From Epithemia pelagica (taxonomy: Eukaryota; Protista; Bacillariophyta), in NCBI GenBank assembly GCA_946965045.2, contig OX337240.1, positions 434,001-498,000 of the forward strand: a stretch of 64,000 nucleotides of DNA, written 5' to 3'. Below, piece by piece: positions 58,183 to 64,000 of this stretch. Under the pieces are notes generated by a model. The model ran no database searches. It saw only the letters and a program-made list of their open reading frames with translations, and had not been told where the DNA came from. The position numbers and the translations under genes were made by a program. Positions within the stretch are counted from its first letter, which is position 1; each line of letters starts with the position of its first letter.

Positions 58183-58846
58183 GGTGTTCTTGACGCGGTG
58201 CTAGGTTTTGTCGTTGTCTACGGTGTTGCTCTTGGTCGTGGGTGAAGGGATTGTATACCTGGATGGTGTATACAGTTCTTCGACCGTTTGCCTTTCCTCG
58301 CGACAACACTATTCCTTTTAGATGAGATCGTTTTTGCACTCGAGCCAACTTGAGGGGATTCAGAACCCAGACAGCACTGCCGATAGCCAGAACCGGTGGA
58401 ATGGATGATGCGTTGGCTGGCAAAACAGGGATATTGTAAATAATCTCCACTCGTCCGTTCTTGTCTCGTACCACTTCTTCGGCGTCGAGAAAACCGGATG
58501 AGTCCCGCGACAACTCCTCGTCTCCACTGGTGTTGTCCGGCACGACGGCGGCTGCCACTGCAGTTCGATCCTCCTCGGTTTGTACGTCCACAATTAACGC
58601 GCGACGTCTTGTCTGAAAATCGGATACGATCCTTTCTCGTGATGCTGTCAGCACCGTGTTATCGTGTTCAACCTCCGCCTGATGTTGTTGTTCCAACTCG
58701 GCTCGGTGTTCACGAAAGGTCGCCTCGCGCAACTGCACGTTGTGCTGGTGCCGACGATGCACCTCTGCAAGGCGTTCTTGTTCTTCAATGGAAAGGGCGG
58801 TGAGTTGGTTCAACAACGTAGTCAAACGACTGGGATTCTCCGACAT
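58142..58846 (-). CDS. Extra upstream ORF of copia B (234 aa)
   Basis: Overlaps the gag-pol start by 41 nt in another frame; homologous to 35669-36271. Confidence 0.8.
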   Translation of the reverse strand: MSENPSRLTTLLNQLTALSIEEQERLAEVHRRHQHNVQLREATFREHRAELEQQHQAEVEHDNTVLTASRERIVSDFQTRRRALIVDVQTEEDRTAVAAAVVPDNTSGDEELSRDSSGFLDAEEVVRDKNGRVEIIYNIPVLPANASSIPPVLAIGSAVWVLNPLKLARVQKRSHLKGIVLSRGKANGRRTVYTIQVYNPFTHDQEQHRRQRQNLAPRQEHHEYTPARTTARSS

Positions 58847-58904
58847 GCAGTGTACTTCACCTCAAAATGAGAATCAAGAGGTAGTTATTTTTCTAAGGAG
58901 AATA

Positions 58905-59117
58905 TGTTGAAACCTGTAACGAACCGTGCTGTAAAGGCAACAATTCCTATAACAAATTACGTATTCTCCTTAGAATGAGCACTGTTGTTTGTTTCGTTGC
59001 TCTCCTGTCCACGTCGTTTCACCTCAGTCCATTCGTCATCATTTGCAGATGGATCTTCGCCTTGCTCAGTCGCTGTTTTCGTTTGTTCTGCGACTCCTCG
59101 CGGGACTTCCTTCAACA
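58905..59117 (-). repeat. 5' LTR of copia B
   Basis: TG...CA, 213 bp. Confidence 0.97.
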
Positions 59118-59153
59118 TCGACTAGGTTTCGACGTGGTTTCGACTCTGGTTTA

Positions 59154-59789
59154 GTGCGTTCAAGTTTCATTTCCTAAACTTCATCCCCTAAATTTAGGCA
59201 CCTAAGTTTTGCCTATCTTTCACGACGCCGAAAGTGCCCACCAAAGTTTAGGTAGGTCCTCTCCAAGAAACTATGGATGCTACCATACTATGTGACGCCG
59301 GGTTGAACAGTGAACGCAGCTTGATTGTTGCAATGGTGAGTCAGTACAGGTGGACACACAGGGCAGATGATCTTCCTCAGCATTGAGCCACTATCGCAAC
59401 TGTACAACCTTGTGATCGAACCTCTACTGTCGATCAGTCAACTGGTGGGATCTCAGTTGAGCGTATTGCAAACCCATGAAAAATAATGTGTGGAGTTAGC
59501 TCCGTAACATATGCATGGGCAAGACAAGGCTGATGTTTGCTTGAGGCTTGAGAGTTGGCCTTAATCTCAGATACTTGATGAAGGTAAGATATACTTACCA
59601 CAAACAAACAAATGAACAGGCCTGGAGGAAGATGACAAGGATTTGTACGGTGTCATTACGATGTGAACTAAGTCACCATAGATGGCGGAACTGGTAGCCA
59701 CCTAAACTACATAAATTTCATTACCTAAGTTTACCTAAACTTAGGGAAGAAACTACACTTTAATTTCTGCAACCTAAGTTTGAACGCAC
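59154..59789. mobile_element. MITE with short TIRs flanked by TA (Tc1/mariner-like)
   Basis: GTGCGTTCAA ... TTGAACGCAC with TA at 59152-59153 and 59790-59791; clusters of CCTAAA/CCTAAG/TTTAGG motifs near both ends. Confidence 0.65.
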
Positions 59790-60120
59790 TACTTGGGACA
59801 CGGCACGCACGGACACGGCCCATGCGCAACAGCGACTGCAATTGTGCACGATGACTACGTACAATGACAAGAAGTTGTGTGAAAAGGACAGACAATACAA
59901 GAAGAGAATGATGAAGGTGTGGCAAGTGGCAAGGGTTCCAGTCATGTATTGACAAATGTCACAATTCTGACCCAGAGTCCTTTTTCATTGGGCCACACAC
60001 TGGTTCGTTCAAGCAAAATGGGCAGTGCACGTGCAAGAAGTAGCTAGCAATAACTAGTTCATATTCTATATAAAGTTTCATACAGTGTGCAATAGGAGCA
60101 CTCAAGAACATCTTGCTTGC

Positions 60121-60425
60121 TAGAGGTTGGACCCGCACCGCGGTGCTGCGGATCGGATCCGCGGATCCGCGGTGCTGATCCCTGGAACCGCAACGAAAGA
60201 GACTGGCGGGTCCGATCCGCGCTACTCGCACCTACGCACAGTAAAGGCGGGGTGCACCGATTTGGTGCTTTCGAGGTCTGACCGCCCGTACGTCAAATTT
60301 GTTCAGAGTACATAAAATCCCATAGTGGTGCGGAACTGCGGAACACGCGGGTATTTGGAACCGCAAAGGCTGGGATGCGCGGGTATCCTACCCGCATTGA
60401 TTTGAGCTCGCGGGTCCAACCTCTA
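60121..60425. mobile_element. hAT-type MITE (305 bp)
   Basis: Perfect 16-bp TIR TAGAGGTTGGACCCGC; 8-bp TSD TTGCTTGC (60113-60120 and 60426-60433); internal CCGCGG/GCGGA motifs. Confidence 0.92.
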
Positions 60426-61051
60426 TTGCTTGCAGTCGTGCCATGTGAATGCTGCATAGTGTATACTCTATGTAGTCTTGGAATTGTGGGGTCGAGGATG
60501 TGACGTATGTCTACTTCACAGGAGTGGCGGGCGCGGGATTCAACTGCATGCTCTACTATGGCCCGCATTACTGTGTTTCAAAGAGTACGAAAAATTGACC
60601 AAAATCGACCCTCGACAGAATAGGATCTCTCTTCGTGCTGTTCTGAAGTTTCCTCAAGAATAGGCCACGTGCCAGTGCCAAGTGCCAACGGTCGGTCCAG
60701 TAAATCTTTCTTCACAAACTCTTGAGCCCCCTTTTTTTCTTTTTTTCGATCACACAATTGAATCTTTCGACAGTCGACACTTTGAAGACAAGAGTTTGAC
60801 ACGACACACACAAAGATTGCACACGGCACACAAAATTCGACCCGAGAAAAGGAAGAACGCGCCACTAGAGGGGTTCTAATCGCGTGTGGTGTTCCGAGTT
60901 CCACAGTTTCCTTTAGAAAGCTCAACTCTCAACTGGCAACTGGCAACAGCTCATCAATATTTGCGAACATACAACTCGAAAGCGGAAAAGTCCAAGCTGC
61001 TACCAAATTACCGGGTGTCCCAGACAGGACGACACCGACAAGAGGACGACC

Positions 61052-61771
61052 ATGACGACAACGGAACCCAAACAAGAAATGGCACTGGACGAAGCATCTT
61101 CTTCTTCCAAGATTGAAAATGGAACCGATCACCACAAGACGTTGCTATCGGGCGATGTGGAATCCTTGTTGCAAGCAACGGACGGCAAGGACGAGGAGGA
61201 GGAAGACAAGCACAATCCGGATTCCGAAGAAGTATTGGTGGATCCCCCACCACCCGAAACCGACTCGGACCAGGATGATCATGATAATGACAAGGACGAG
61301 GACGACGACGACGAAGACGATTGTCCCTCGAACAAACCGACGGAATTGCAATCCTATTATGCCTGGTTCATGTCGGACGTGTTGATTTTTGTCACGGTCA
61401 TCAACATGGCGGCCGAATTTACCAGTTCCGTCAAGGTCGATTCGTTTTCCTTTTCCATTGTCAGTGGCATTGTTCTCAAAGTCATCTTGGATTTGGTCGT
61501 CTTGATTGGCTTGAAACTCCATCAAACCTTTTTTGTCGTGCGGGGTCGCAAGATTTTGGGCGGATTCTTGATTTGGCTCGTCATGTTTTCGTCGCGGTTT
61601 TTAATTTTGTGGATTGACGATTTGATTTTTGGAGACTTTGTGGATTTGGGCGGCTTGGTCATGGTGTTGATTTTGTCTGGCATTTTGCTCGTGGCCAGCA
61701 GTGTCAGTCGCATCTTGTACCATAGCTTGACGAGTCCCTGTGCCGAACGCGTCTTTGTCTTGAGTCAATAG
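61052..61771 (+). CDS. Multi-pass membrane protein of unknown function with an acidic N-terminal tail
   Basis: Intronless; 4-5 hydrophobic helices (DVLIFVTVINMAAEF..DSFSFSIVSGIVLKVIL..LVMFSSRFLILW..FGDFVDLGG). Confidence 0.75.
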   Translation: MTTTEPKQEMALDEASSSSKIENGTDHHKTLLSGDVESLLQATDGKDEEEEDKHNPDSEEVLVDPPPPETDSDQDDHDNDKDEDDDDEDDCPSNKPTELQSYYAWFMSDVLIFVTVINMAAEFTSSVKVDSFSFSIVSGIVLKVILDLVVLIGLKLHQTFFVVRGRKILGGFLIWLVMFSSRFLILWIDDLIFGDFVDLGGLVMVLILSGILLVASSVSRILYHSLTSPCAERVFVLSQ

Positions 61772-61939
61772 GAACGCGTCATGACTATGATTTTTACCTA
61801 TCCGCTCACCCAAGGAAAAGCCCTGTGGAACAACAAGAACAACAAGAAAACGGACGACGACGACAAGGACAAGGACGACGACGACGAGTCGTCCAAGAAG
61901 CAACAAGACAACGACCCAGTCAAAGTACACAGGATACTC

Positions 61940-64000
61940 TGTAGTAGCTAGGGACAGTACCTATATTGGCGTGGAGGTGATCAAGTCTCCACGACAATAC
62001 ACTAGAGAAGTTGTTTCACAACTTTCTGTTTGTTGATACTATAAGCTCTAGGTTTAGGAACTACATTCGATTCCTCATTTGATTCCTCACGAGGAATCAA
62101 TTCCTCATTTACTCATGGAGGTTAGTTTGGAACCATTGATGCCAATGGCTAGAGCTTGGTTACTATGCGACGGGCAATGCCTTCTCTGGTAGTAAGGCAT
62201 TGCTCTTGGATACATAGTGGGGACACGATTCTATGTCTCACAGATTCGAATCGTGACTGCCATATCGCCTGTCCGTCACACTGATTAACCGCGACTCTCC
62301 CTCTTGACAAGGGCGATATCTTTTCAAACACAGTCAATCACCAACCTTGATTCAGTTTCCGAATCTTCTCAAAAACATCACGGCAGAGTCCTTTGGTAAG
62401 ATAGTCCGCTCGTTGCATCGTTGTTTCGATCTTGGAGATTCTAACTGTTGCATTCGTCCCTTTCACAGCTTCCCAGAACCAGTGGTATTTGTTGTTGTTG
62501 TTATCTGGAACGGGACGAGAGGCGCTGGTTGTTGGCAAGAAGATACGCGCTGTTGTTGTCCTCATGGACTTCAGCAAAGATGGTTGGGGAGTCGGTGCCG
62601 AGGTCAAGGTGATGGTTGATCTCAAACAAGATGTCTTGGAGCCACACAACAACACGCATGCTTTGCGAAAGCGCGACGTATTCGGCGTGGAAGGTACTGG
62701 TGGCAATCTCACTTTGGAGCTGAGATTTCCAGACCAAAGGACAGCCGCCAAAATGGATGATGTATCCAGTGCGTGATTTGGCACTGATCGGTTCGTCCTC
62801 GGATTCACGGCCATGGAGGCCCATGAAATCCGCATCCACATAGCAATCAACCTTGAAGGCGGTTGTTGGCCGAAAAATTGTCCCGCAATCTACAGTTCTC
62901 CAGAGGTATCGGACAATCATTTTGATGGCTTGGGCATGGGATTGTTTCGGGTTGGTTGAAAAGCGAGCGACTTGAGAGACGGCAAAACTGATATCTGGCC
63001 GTGTGTTGGTGGAAAGGTAAAGGAGCATGCCGACGATGGAACGGTAGTTCCATTTTTCTTTCATCGGTGGTCCATCAGGGTCACTGCCAAGGCACACTTG
63101 GGAGGCTGGCACAAAGTTGCCATTGCAATTTGTCATGCCTGTGGCCTCAACGATCTTCTTAATGAGCCCTGGTTGGGTCATTGTAATTGTTCCATTTTTC
63201 CGAGTGAAATGGATGCCCAAGTACTCAGCAAAATCACTGTCCACGGAGAGCTCGAATCCTCGAGCCTTGAGTCGTTTCACAAATTCGTTGATTGCGTCCA
63301 TCGTCGGAGCGATAATACCACAATCATCCACCCAGAGAAACACCATCATGTTTTCCTTGAGGAAGACACATTCGTCGAATTTGCTCTGGGTGAAGCCGTC
63401 GTCGAGCAAGGCTTGTCGGAGACGTTGGTACCACAACCGAGGTGCGACCGAGAGTCCATAAAGGCTCTTGTGGAGTCGGAGACAGGTTTTGGTGGTCTTG
63501 GTGGAGGAGAAACCGCGCGGGATGTGGATCCAAACAGGATCTTTTAACTCGGCCTGGACGAAGGCATTGTTGAAATCGATGCAAACCATTGCCCATTTGC
63601 GAGCTAGGGCGAGTACCAGAGCAATACGGATCGAGGCCCAATTGACGACGGGTGAGTAGGTGTCGAAGTCGCCTTCTTGGAGATCCCCACGGACACAGTA
63701 TCTGGCCTTGTATTTCTTGATGGTTCCGTCTGGGTGGCGCTTGCGCTTGAAGACCCAGGTACCAGGGATGATTCTTGATGTTGCTTCTTCCTCTGGAACC
63801 TCACTCCATGTTCCCTTGCTAGTTAATTCTTCAATTTCTATTCTAGCCGCTTCTCTCCAATAGTCGATATCCTTGTCTTGTCTTGCTTGTTCGTAGGACA
63901 GAGTGTCTGGATCTGAAATGGCAACCTTGAATCCACTGATGTCATCGAATTCGGCTTGATTGGCGACATAGGATTGTTGGGCGGCGTCCATATTCTCGAT
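61940..64000 (-). mobile_element. 3' part of a second-lineage Ty1/copia element (RT, RNase H, probable 3' LTR), truncated by the window edge and frameshifted
   Basis: TWVFKRKR..KARYCVRGDLQ, IDFNNAFVQA, SLYGLSVAP, LWVDD, YVDADF, EDNNSA and ADYLTKGL. A stop/frameshift at about 62490-62503 splits ORFs 62501-63991 and 62338-62850. PPT-like AAGAGGGAG at 62305-62297; LTR tentatively 62296-61940. Confidence 0.9.

Larger units (their letters stand above)
52968..59117 (-). mobile_element. Full-length, very young Ty1/copia LTR retrotransposon (CoDi-like), element B
   Basis: Identical 213-bp LTRs (52968-53180 and 58905-59117), 5-bp TSD TCGAC, PPT-like GAAGGAG and two intact ORFs. Confidence 0.98.
52864..59151. 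repeat. Second GGTTTCGA array (52864-52967 plus 59118-59151), split by copia B
   Basis: Same units as 50656-50809, present on both sides of copia B. Confidence 0.8.

Overview
Eukaryotic nuclear DNA, almost certainly a diatom: spliceosomal GT-AG introns, a silicon transporter, bipartite plastid-targeting leaders and CoDi-type Ty1/copia elements. About 0.4-30.6 kb and 38-47.5 kb are gene-dense: a multi-exon RecQ helicase with three BAH-like repeats, a GT32 glycosyltransferase, PFAS, a LarA-family racemase/epimerase, RAD51B, a TKL kinase, a Kelch-BTB protein, proline iminopeptidase, an LRR protein, a MaoC dehydratase, a SIT and an amine oxidase. About 30.6-38 kb and 47.9-64 kb are transposon nests with two full-length copia elements, a third partial copia, two members of a long-TIR family with 9-10-bp TSDs, three MITE types, a (CAA)~79 tract and tandem repeats. 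Top observations: (1) both full-length copia elements lack a tRNA-type PBS. Instead, the 14 nt after the 5' LTR are perfectly complementary to a 14-mer exactly 57 nt inside their own LTR, with 5 compensatory changes between the elements, which is the signature of Tf1-like self-primed reverse transcription in a copia lineage. (2) The same elements carry an extra conserved upstream ORF. (3) A silicon transporter is fused in frame to an N-terminal DUF6824-like domain. (4) The RecQ helicase gained three BAH-like domains by symmetric phase-1 exon duplication. All family assignments come from motif recognition by eye; no database search was run.
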